Of a stretch of 64,000 nt of DNA, positions 27,865 to 38,632 are shown piece by piece. Below the pieces are notes generated by a model. It worked only from the letters and a program-made list of their open reading frames with translations. It was not told where the DNA came from and did no database searches. Each line of letters begins with the position of its first letter. The first letter of the stretch is position 1. The stretch spans positions 4,588,001 through 4,652,000 of the forward strand of contig OZ316775.1 of assembly GCA_973851085.1 (NCBI GenBank), read 5' to 3'. A program made the position numbers and the translations under genes. The stretch comes from Ptychomitrium polyphyllum (taxonomy: Eukaryota).

Positions 27865-29942
27865 TGTTGTGATGTATTTAATTGTATAGTTTAAAATTGG
27901 AATAATATTTATTATTTGGTGTATTTGAAAAAGAATATTAGGATAAAGAAATAATTAGATTAAAAAAGGGTTGTGGTGAAACTACGATTTTTATCTATCT
28001 TAGAAGTGGAACCAAATCTTGTCTTAGCTCAGGGTGATTAGGCTGGTTGATTGTAGCTTTTCTTGCCTGCCATTTTTGTTAACGCTACGAAGTCAAGTGT
28101 TGCTGTTCTATTCAACAAATCCAACAAGAATAAAAATTGGAGCAATTCAGCTGTTGGAACTTATCCAGTCAACTAAGTTCATGACTTAGTGCCTAATCCT
28201 ATTTCAACAATGGTTTTATTCTTAACTTGTTTCTTGCTGAATTTCAATCTTTTTTCTACTTTCTTTAACTTGTTTTAGTTTTTTTAGTTTCTATATAGAT
28301 TTGTTAGGGTTGATTTTATCTTTTTTGTAATTGGAACCTAAAAGTTTCAATAAAAAGAAAGAATAAAAAAAAAAACAAAAGAAAAGGATTTAGATTGTTT
28401 TTAATTTGAAGATATGGTTTAATAAGGGTTTGATAAAAGAGGTTAAGGGCTGATGTGGAGAGATATAGCTGATGTAGAGTAATAAGGGGCGGATGTGGCG
28501 GTTTGACCACCACCCTCTTCTTTTTTCTCGGCCTCTCCCACTAGAATAAAAAGGTAACCCTTCTTTGGATGAAATCACATAGTATACTTCTTAGTTTGAA
28601 TTATTTTTAGTAGAATTGGTTTTTTTTTTGTAAGCTTTTCAAAAAGCCATCATACACTCCATTTGGAATTAATATGTAATTGTGGCTTTAGTTTGAATAA
28701 AGTTAAGTTAGTTGCCTTGTGTTACGGACATAAATCATGCAATATAGTCCTTAGAACGTTCTAGAACCTTTTAGCATACTATAATAGCTTCTTAGAATAC
28801 TTTTAGATGTCTCCATAGTCTTTCCATGTTCTTAGGAAGCTTCCTAGGAAAGTTCTTCCATCTTATAAAACTTCCTGGGAAGGTTCTATCATCTTAGGTA
28901 AATTCCTAGGAAACTTCTTACAAAGATTTCATCACTTTAAGAAACTTCCTAGAAAGATTCTACCTCTTTAGGAAACTTCCTAAGAAGGTTCTGCTACCTT
29001 AGGAAACTTCCAAGGAAGGTTCCCTAGATTTCTAGAACATTTTTAAGCCTTGTAGGAAGCTTCTTTAGAAATATCCTAGGAGATACAAACATCATAGTAT
29101 AAATAGGAGGCAAGACAAGGTATTCCTTAGTCTTAACAACATAAGTTGTAGATCATCTTGAATCCTACTTTGTTCTAGTCATTGTATCAAATTCTTGTTA
29201 ATCATTAGCTCTTTGGAAGCTAATTCTTGAGAAACACTTTGTTTCTGTTTCTTATTTCTTGTGTCCCTAACACCTTGAGTTTTTTAGGGCAATTTTTTGA
29301 ATGTTTGTAACTTCTTGTGGAAACATCTTTTGTAACTGAAATTTTGAGAAAAAAATTCTAATTACTTTGGAAAGATAGTATCAAAATTTGGTGAGCATTG
29401 GATTTCTTGAGCAAAAAATATAAGAAAAATACTACTGGGACTTAGAGGGCAGTGTACAATAGAATTTGGAGTTGCACAATTTGGGTCATTGTAAATGATT
29501 GAAGGAATTTCTAAGATTGATCTTTTGACAAAGTGTTTATTATAAGATACGTATTATGTTCAAAAAATTTAAAGTTTGAATTTGCAATAAAAGGAGATTT
29601 ATGAAGTGGTAAAGTGATAGGGATATAGAAGCTGTAGCAATGAAGAATGTAAACTTTGAAGTTATGGGTTTTAGAGGATACTAAGGATTTGGCAACCAAA
29701 ATTTATATAAAGTATACTGAATGTTTCAAGAAGATTTTAATAAGATTTCAGATGCTTTGGATTAGTTTGCATGAAGTTATGATATATTTAGCATTTGGAA
29801 TTTTCAAGGTAGTATAGAGGGAAAATTTGGAATAGGATATTTGCTTCATTGGATGTAAAAAATAAAAATTCTTCATGCATCTTGACTTTAATCAATCAAA
29901 TGCTACAAAAGACCTTATATTTCCTATAGCTACCACTCTTAC
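27865..29942. mobile_element. Insertion interrupting the RNase H domain (unidentified repeat, possibly a truncated LTR element)
   Basis: Flanked by CATGAGTGCAT (27854-27864) and CATGAGAGCAT (29943-29953). Removing the insert and one copy restores in-frame YFMSACILNHHQAR. The insert starts with TGTTG and has a weak PBS-like tagtatcaaaat near 29376. Confidence 0.7.
28720..29272 (+). mobile_element. Solo LTR, family A
   Basis: TGTTACGGAC...CCCTAACA ends with a perfect 5-bp TSD CCTTG on both sides. Internal ttcctaggaa repeats and TATA-like tataaatagg. Confidence 0.92.
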
Positions 29943-31314
29943 CATGAGAGCATGCATTCTGAATCACCATCAAGCAAGGTAGAGTATGTCGCTTTCCAGA
30001 TTTGACTTTGTCATTACCGATTGACTTGGTAGCCTATAAGATAAGCAAGATGCCTTATTTCAAACATTTTGTTTAGCTCCTCAATCTGGATATGATGTTT
30101 TGGATCAATAAAGGACTATTTAACTGAAGCTACAAAATCTTCAATTGAAAGCAGCAATTAGTACGACAACATTCCATCTTGACAAAATTTGGAAGGCTTT
30201 GAAGAATGATAATTTTGTTTCAAATATGTGGATGTGCCTCAAAGACAACGGAAATCCTTCAAATAACAATGAAAACTTTGAATTCCAAGAGGGCTTACTT
30301 TATTATAAAGGACTTTTGTACCTATTTCTAAATCTTTTGTAATTGAAGATCCTTCAAACACGTCATTAAGCAGCAACACATTTTGGATTTAATAAAACAA
30401 TATGGTTGATTGCTAGAGATTATTAGTGGCTGTAAATGAAAAAATACGTTAAGTCCTTTGTTTGATCATGCAACACTTGTACAAAGGCCAAGGTACCAAA
30501 ATACCAACTTCATGGTCTTTTCCATCTGCCTCCAGTGTTAAAGGGTCCATAGTTGTCATTGTTAATGGATTTTATTACAAACCTTTCAAATTCCTATTTT
30601 AAGGATTTTATTTTAGTAGTGTTAGATTGGTTTATCAAGATGGCACATTTTATTCCATGCAACAAGACGGTAACAGGAGTCGAAACTGCTAAGTTGTTCC
30701 TAAATCACGTCTACCGCATACATGGACTACCAAATGATTTGTATCGAGGGCCACAGTTCATTTCCAACTTTTAGAGGGCTTCCTTCCAACCGTTGCAAAT
30801 GAAGATTAATCTTTTTTCAGCACATCATCTGCAGACTGTTGGTTAAATCAAACGCGTGAATCAAATTTTGAAGTTGTACCTTCAATGCAACATAAACTAC
30901 TAGCTAGACAATTGGATGGACCTCTTACTTTTGGCAGAGTTTGCTTCTAACAATACAATGTATTCTTCAATAACTCAAATTCTATTCTTTACAAACTATG
31001 GCCATCAATTTTGAGCGCACCCTTTTTAAGTCAAGCATGTTGAAAGTCTTGCAGTAGAGGATTTTGCAATTCAACTTGCTAAAATCCACCAAGAACTTGC
31101 TTTCCAGTTACAACAAGTTCAAGATTGTTACAAAACTTATGTAGATTGTTTTGAGAAGGACCATCCAAAGTTCAAGGTTGGAGATAGTGTATGACTTTTG
31201 CAACAAAATATACAAACATAAAGACTATGAAAAACAAAACCATCAAAGGTTGGAACCGTTTGAAATTAGCAATTAGATAATATTGGTCAGTTATTGCCTT
31301 AAATTACCACCAAC

Positions 31315-31917
31315 TGTTAGGAACACAAGAAACAAGAACAGAAACAAAGTCTTACCAAAGAATTAGCTTCCAAAAGAGCTAATGATTAACAAAAACTTGA
31401 TACAAAGACTAGAACAAGGCAGGATTCAAAATGATCCACAACTTGTGTTGGCAAGAGTAACGAATACCTTGTCTTGCCTCCTATTTATACTATGATGTTT
31501 GTATCTCCTAGGATACTTCTAAAGAAGCTTCCTACAAAGCTTAAGAATGTTCTGGAAGTCTAGGGAACTTTTCTAAGAAGTTTCTTAAGATGTTGGAACC
31601 TTCCTAAGAAGCTTCCTAAGGTAGCAGAACCTTCTTAGGAAGTTTTCTAAAGAGGTAGAACCTTCCTAAGAAGTTTTTTGAGGTGATAGAACTTTCCTAG
31701 GAAGCTTTTTAAGATGATGGAACCTTCCTAGGAAGCTTTCTAAGATGATGGAACCTTTCTAAGAAGTTTCCTAAAGTGGAAGAACTTTCCTAGGAAACTT
31801 CCTAAGAACATGGAAAGGCTATGAAGATATTTAAAAGTATTCTAAGAAGCTATTATAGTATACTAAAAGGTTCTAGAATGTTTTAAGGACTATGTTGCAT
31901 GATCTATGTTCGTGATA
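31315..31917 (-). mobile_element. Solo LTR, family A, inverted
   Basis: Reverse-complement copy of the LTR at 28720, with TSD CCAAC/CCAAT. Removal restores LKLPPTMQIH*MFHVCLLETY of the integrase C-terminus. Confidence 0.92.
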
Positions 31918-32289
31918 CCAATCATGCAAATTCATTGAATGTTCCACGTATGTTTGTTGGAAACCTACAATAAGTTATGTATATCAGAGAAGGTTATTCC
32001 TCCACCTCCTCTGGTGGAAATCAATAATGAAATGGAGTATGACGTTAAAGAAATTTTTAGATTCATCCATAAAGAATGGACAAAAGGGACATCTTATACA
32101 TTGGCAAAGATATGACATCAATGACCAAACATGATAATCTTTGATAAATAAAATAGAAGCATGTAATAAGGTATGCAAATTTCATTAAAAATATCTTCAG
32201 AAATGAGGTTATTGATGATGTGTTGTCAATAATTGTTATCTTTACGGAAAAGTTTTTTTCCATAAACAAGTATAAAAAGGGAGGAAGGA

Positions 32290-33419
32290 TGTTGCACACC
32301 TCTCCTTTAAGAGTGCCCGCAACACTAAGGGCACAAGGGGGATCCCAAAGTGACATTCGGGACTTGTGGCGCCAATAGTGAGGGGAACTAAGTGGGCCTA
32401 GCGTGGGAAGGACTCATAGGGGGAGAAACATCCTTGTCCATGTAGATCGAGGGCCACAAGGGATAAATCATGAGCATTGGAGGAATCACAAAGAGCTGAT
32501 TCTAGAATGCTAAAGATTGCTCAAATTGGACAAGGGAGCTAAAAATTATGGCATCTCAAAGTTGAGGTTGCCAAGGGGTTGTTCTAGATTGTGGCAGTCC
32601 TACAGAGTGACTGTAGTGGACTGGGATAGTCTAGGGAGGGACTCCACGAGAGTTTTGAACCTTGGGAGAGGCATATCTCTCATCGGACATTTGAGGAGTC
32701 TATCGGCATCTACGCAAAGATTAGATGACGATAGAGTGGTCGCTTAATACATTCGGGCACCGGACAAGGAAGATATGGCTCCCTGAAGGTCCACTGGGAG
32801 TCCCAGAGGCTTCCAGTAGCTAAGTCCCAAGGGAGATCGGGTGGTCTTCCAAAACTTTAGGTGTGTCGGGGTTCAGCCAGCTACAGAGGGCCAGGGGGCC
32901 TGCCGAATCCCACAAAGAGTACTATGAAGGAGGGCTGGTCTCCCTCCCCACTCCCCTAGTGTCCCGGTAGAGACCAAGGATGAGTCCCGGTTGGTGGAGC
33001 TAGTATTGGAACTTCACCACGGGGACTCCTACACCATTGTGAGCCGGTGGATGGCCGATTTCACGGAGGGAACTAGCACGTTTAAAAGGGTACGCTTGTT
33101 ACCACTAAATTGAGGTAGTGTCTTCACGCCGGCACCATGATGGCCCGGGTTGATCTTAGGATCGCATGAAGATCATAAGTGGTGGTGAGGAGACACCACT
33201 AAGTGCGGTTAAGCCGTGTAAAATGGGAGTAACACCAAGTGAGGCCTTAGACATGAATGGAAGTCCGCACCTAACCATTGGCTACCAATCAATTGGGTGT
33301 CCTAAGAGAAATGGTAGAAAGACTTGGAAAGTGAGAATGGGGGTTAACCATGTGCATGTGGGGGTATACAGGGTGGACGCGCGTAACGCTTGCTAAGGTG
33401 CATTATAAAAGTTGCGACA
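32290..33419. mobile_element. Solo LTR, family B (1130 bp, GC-richer)
   Basis: TGTTGCA...TGCGACA inverted termini with a perfect TSD AAGGA (32285-32289 and 33420-33424). No similarity to family A. Confidence 0.85.
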
Positions 33420-33560
33420 AAGGATATCCAAACTTCCAATTGTATATAGCATCATATCAAAGGTAGATCATCTCTAAATTTTAGCTAATATGTTAAATCT
33501 TTATGTTATCATGGATATGTGTGAAGAGCATTCAATTGTTCTTTCTTTAATAGCAATACA

Positions 33561-34628
33561 TGTTAGAGACACAAGAAACAAGAAGCACAAACAAAGACTT
33601 TCTTAAGTATTAGCTTCAAAAGAGCTAATGCTTAGAAAGAATTGAATACAAAAATTGTCACGGACATAAATCATGCGTTATAGTCCCTTAAACATATTAG
33701 AACCTTCTAGTATACTATTATAGCTTCTTAGAATACTTTCAAATGTCTCCATAGCCTTTCCATGTTCTTTGGAACATTCTTACACAAGTTCCTCTATTTT
33801 AGGAAACTTCCTAGGAAGGTTCTATCTCTTTAAGAAACTTCCTAAGAAGGTTTTGTTACCTTAGAAAACTTCTAAGGAAGGTTCCAATTCCTTGGAAGCT
33901 TCTTAGGAAGGTTCCAACATCTTAGGAAATTTCTTGGAAAGGCTTCCTAGACTTCCAGAACATTCTTAAGCCTTATAAGAAGCTTCTTTAGAAGTATCCT
34001 AGGAGATACAAACGTCATAGTATAAATAGGAGGCAAGACAAGGTATTTTTTAGTCTTGGCAACACAAGTTGTGGATCATCTTGAATCCTGCCTTGTTCTA
34101 GTCTTTGTATCAAGTTCTTGTTAATCATTAGCTCTTTGGAAGCTAATTCTTGGAAAACACTTCGTTTCTGCTTCTTGTTTCTTGTATCCCTAACAAAAAT
34201 TAGAGTGAGGCAGGATACAAGTGATCCACAACTTGTATTGGCAAGAATAAGGAATATCTTATCTTGTCTCCTATTTATACTATGACACTTGTATCTCCTA
34301 GGATATTTTTAAAGAAGCTTCTTATAAGGCTTAAGAATATTCTAGAAGTTCAAAGAACCTTTCCAAGAAGTTTTTTAAGATATTAAAACCTTCTTTGGGA
34401 ATTTCCTAAGGTGGTGGAACCTTCTTTAGGAAGTTTTGTAAAGAGATAAAACTTTCCTAGAAAGTTTCCTAAGGTGGTAGAATCTTCCTAGGAATTTTTC
34501 TAGGAAGTTTTCTAAAAATGTAGAAACAATTAGAGAGACATTCAAAAATATTCTAAGAGGCTACTATAATATATTAGAAGGTTCTAGAAGGTTTTAAATA
34601 TTATGTTGCATGATCTATATTTGTGATA
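33561..34628 (-). mobile_element. Solo LTR, family A, inverted, interrupted by another copy
   Basis: Starts tgttagagacacaag and ends atttgtgata. The flanks ATACA/GCACG differ only by three transitions. Confidence 0.85.
33656..34195 (+). mobile_element. Solo LTR, family A, nested inside the previous LTR
   Basis: TGTCACGGAC...CCCTAACA with a perfect TSD AAAAT (33651-33655 and 34196-34200). Confidence 0.93.
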
Positions 34629-35080
34629 GCACGTATTGAACCAACTCAACTTTCTCAGCCTTCAATACTGGAGGATTTAAGCCAAGATTTAAAAGAAACA
34701 TTCCAACGGCAACTGCAACCTTGTGTAAAAGTATTGGTTACTCGCCCTTTATATTTTAGTCTTAATTTAGATGTTTGAGCTCTAGTCATTTGGTTAGAAA
34801 TTAGAAGAATCACTCCTATAGCATCCAAGACTCTGTTTGGAGGATGTTTTAAAGGACTTAATCGAGATTAAATCTTGAATTGGGACATTTCAACAATAAA
34901 AGTCTTGGTTAGAAGCCATTGACGCTTCTTGCAAAGATCAGTTTAATGGGCAAAGAATAACAAACAGAATATGTTGCTTCTCTTCTTTGACAAATTATGG
35001 AATTATGGAATTGGTAGAGATGTAATGAGCAAACCTTAAGAAAAGCTCCTTATGGAACTTATCACTACATGAAGAGGTGA

Positions 35081-35563
35081 TGTCACATACATAGATCATG
35101 CAACATAGTCTTTAGAACCTTTTAGAATCTTCTGATATATTCTAATAATTTTTTAGAATACTTTCAATGTTTCCATAGCCATTTCTACCTCCTTAAGAAA
35201 CTTTGAGGGAAGGTTCTAACTCCTTGAAAGCTTCTTAGAAAGGTTCTACCATATTGGAAAATTTCTTGGAAAAGTTTTATAAACTTTTAAATCATTCTTA
35301 AGCTTTGTAGGAAGCTTCTTTAGAAATATGTTAGGAGATACAAGCGTTATAATATAAATAGGAGGCAAATTAAGGTATATCTTAGTCTTGCCAACACAAG
35401 TTGTGGATCATATTGTATACTACCTTACTCTAGTATTTGTATAAGGTTTTGTTAATTATTAGCTCTTTGGAAGCTAATTCTTGGGAAGCTAATTCTTGGG
35501 AAGCTAATTCTTGAGAAGCTAATTCTTTAGGAAGCTACAATTACAAAGAATGTGTTTCTAACA
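35081..35563 (+). mobile_element. Family A LTR, probably the 3' LTR of the Gypsy element
   Basis: TGTCAC...CTAACA ends with no TSD (GGTGA versus TTTGC) and a PPT-like purine tract just upstream. Contains about 4 tandem copies of gaagctaattcttgg near 35470-35530. Confidence 0.8.
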
Positions 35564-36804
35564 TTTGCATATAACTACAATCGATATAGAAGGAAGAGAA
35601 GTATACAGAATCAATCGATGTACCATATGCTTTTGTTGGCTTGTCTAAAATAGTTTCTTATAATGGAATCCAAGAAATAAAAAATTTGAAATGCAAATAA
35701 TTATTAAACAATTTTTTTGAAATTATAGTATGAAATGAATAAGGATTTAATCCATAAAAATTTGTAATACCACAATGAAAGTAGACTCTATGTTCCACAT
35801 TCTACATTATATTTTATTATTAAAACTCCAATTTTCAAATATTTATATAAAATACATACTATAAATTAGAAACTATCAATTAACCTTAGTGATTACAAGA
35901 TTAGCAAAAACTCATCTATCCATGGTAATACATATTCCACTTGTAATTGGATTAAAAACTCCAATTATAATAAAAACTAAAGTTTATAAATTCTATTTGG
36001 TTAGTAGAGTGGAAATGCACTAAAAATCAATTTTGTGACTTAAATTGAATAATGGCCAAATAAAACTAAACAATGGATGATATCCTATCATCAAACAAGT
36101 AAGGTAGCCATCACATCTTCAATCTAATGTCAATAGGTTTTTGTCTCAAGAGTGAAGAGTTTCTATCTCAAGAAAGACATGACCACACTACCTACACGTG
36201 TGTGTCATGCCCACACTGTCCACACTACAAGGTCTTTCTAATATAGAAACCTAAAACCATTTCCAATAAGAAATGGATGAAACATCCAAGTAATATGTGG
36301 ACCAGTATTGCTTATGCATCCAATTGCAGGATCCTGGCTACTCGAGGGGAAGTGCTCACACTCATGATCTCTGAGGACTTAAAGTATATGTAAAATGTAT
36401 GTAAAATGTATGTTAAATACTAGTGTAACCTATCAATATTATCTGTCAGTTTAGAGGTGGATTCCCAGAATACCAGAGTCACGACATAATCTACCACATT
36501 TACGGCTTACAAGAAATAAATCATTGCCAAGCGAAGATTCATCAACCAGACCATCTTAAGAGTGCATGGTTTAAGAAAGCAACATAGGCATACACAACAA
36601 AGTGAAGCTTTGTAAATTGACCTGAGTACGCCCTTTAGAAGGCACAAAAGTAAGAGCACTTGCACACAGTGATTTTCATATCTTGAATACGCTTCTTATC
36701 AGGGACTTGATTCCTCAATAGAAACAAGTTCAGTCCAAAAAAAAAGCTAGTGGCATCGGCCCATATTAATTCAGTAATATCAGAACACTACAGGTCAACT
36801 CAAT

Positions 36805-37559
36805 CTATTGTCCAAGCTCGGCCTTCTTCTTCGACCACAACCTGTCCAAGGCACTGTCGGCATCTCCCTGCATTATAAACATAACCGAGTCAGTTCCCAG
36901 CCTCTACGAACTCTGCTCTCGGCAACGATGCCAACACTCGCAATCCTTCCGCAAACCACAGAAATACAAACACAAATACGACGTCATATGGAGGACAAAG
37001 TATACGAGCAATATAACAAATCCTTCCTTTCAGACTCTTTCAAACGGTAACTCCTCGACGTAAGCTGCTGTATATGGACCAAAGAAACTCAAAATCAAAA
37101 TGGTATCCGAGTTTTGGAAACAAAGAGGGACAGAATCAACGAACCTGAGCACGGACGAATCCGCACAAGGCGAAGGTAGTGAACTGTCCAGTATAGACAC
37201 CGTTTTCATCGACATGGCCAACGTTCAGCTGCACGGAGGCAACATCCTTGGAGGTGATCAACCTGTTGGTCGATGAGCTGCAACTCCCAACAAGAACCAA
37301 ACCCGAAAACCCCACCACTTGAGACCTACCACTACAATTCCTCCAATCCATGCCATAAACCTAAACCCGACCCCAAAAACAAACTCATCACACCTGAACG
37401 CCCGCCATAACCCTAAAAGGTCAAAAACCCAACCACACAAGGGTTTACCCTAGGAAAGACAAGAAACCACGAGAGAATTTGGAGGACGGCAAGTGGCGGC
37501 TGTACGTACCACTTCCTGGGAATGTAGAGATCCACATTTTCACCCTCCTCGTTCTGCAT
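36805..37559 (-). CDS. RPS21: 40S ribosomal protein S21 (eS21), 81 aa, 3 exons
   Basis: Exons 37559-37510, 37277-37145 and 36867-36805 give [81 protein letters not shown]. Confidence 0.97.
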
Positions 37560-37651
37560 GGCGCGAGAGTGCGAGACGCGGAGTGGGAGTGGTAGCGATG
37601 CGGGTCGTGAGGGCTGCCAGGACACGAGAAGGCGAAAGAGGTCCGTCGGCT

Positions 37652-37660
37652 CTAGGGTTT
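37652..37660 (-). promoter_or_regulatory. Telo-box-like element upstream of RPS21
   Basis: AAACCCTAG on the minus strand about 95 bp upstream of the ATG. Telo-boxes are typical of plant ribosomal-protein promoters. Confidence 0.55.
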
Positions 37661-38632
37661 CGCCTTCTATACTGCCTCCTCTAGGAACGGGCCGTTATGT
37701 TACCGTAAGCACTGGCTAGAAAACCACTTTCACTCCATCAATTCTAAATTTTTGCTTGAACGACTTCATGAGTACATGAATATATTGCCAAAGGAACAAG
37801 TTCGAGGCTAACTTTCACCTCCGTTTTTTAGCTTGTTCCCACATGCACCTGTTTGAAATTCATTATTGCATTTTCATATGGTGAACAATGACTTCTCTTT
37901 AGTCCCAAACAATGCTATATAAATAAATTGCATTGTGTAGCTGATATTTAAAACATACCACAAATTACAAGATGTTGTAAACAAAATCAATCAATCATAT
38001 CTCTTAGGTGTATTCAATGCTTCAGTCTATAGAGTGTTTTGAAACTCAATTTCTGTAGAGAATTTGAATAGATTGTGTGTCGAAAATAATAAAAATTCAA
38101 AGTTATATGCAAAATATTCTGTGGCTCAGACTGTCCTCCATTTTCAACATTCTGCCCTTCTAATCTTTGAAAAAACCAACATTTTGCTTTTCATCATCTC
38201 TGATAAATCGGATGGGAGCTTAGGATATTAGACAAATTACAAGACTACCAATAGTATATCGTGAATGAGGTAATTTGGTGAGAACGTCCGAAATGTAAAT
38301 GATTTTTTGAGACCTAAAGAATATCAAAACAACAGATATTGCAGTGTGTACCACTACTGAGTCAACTTTCTAATCAAGGAACTTCCGATTGTTTGCCTAT
38401 ACTTAAGTCCATGAAAGTCCACCAGGGATAGAATGCTGCAATGCCCTTTATGCCACATACAGATCATGAAAGTACTGATAATTTGCAACTATTGAAAGAG
38501 TTGCAAAAGAAAGAGTGCTGGAGCTGTCAGCTAGTACATTCTGCAGCAAAAGTATTTCCAACCACCAAAACTGCTTCTCGTGAAAGCTGTGAACTTTGAG
38601 CAAGCACTGTAGTAAAAATCCAAATGATAGAA

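Larger units (their letters stand above)
26690..35563 (+). mobile_element. 5'-truncated, decayed Ty3/Gypsy chromovirus (RT-RNaseH-integrase-chromodomain) with nested insertions
   Basis: RT (ILFVKKKDGSLRMCVD, KIDLKGAY, VMPFGLTNAPAVFQ, YFDDILIYS) about 26750-27350. RNase H (EADALDFVLGSIL, YDKEKLAIV) about 27570-27864, continuing from 29954 (ILNHHQAR). Integrase (MDFITNL, KMAHFIPC, RGPQFISNF) about 30360-31000. Chromodomain (EMEYDVKEI..LIHWQRYD) about 32030-32200. PPT-like gaagaggtga before the LTR at 35081. Confidence 0.9.

Noticed and set aside
28830..29070. Regularly spaced palindromic repeats (ttcctaggaa) resembling a CRISPR array
   Set aside because: The units are degenerate tandem repeats without unique spacers, lie inside TG...CA LTRs with TSDs, and the context is eukaryotic with no cas genes.
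32275..33419. Purine tract plus TG start read as the PPT and 3' LTR of the Gypsy element
   Set aside because: The segment 32290-33419 has its own perfect AAGGA duplication, so it is an independent solo LTR. The LTR at 35081 fits the 3' LTR better.
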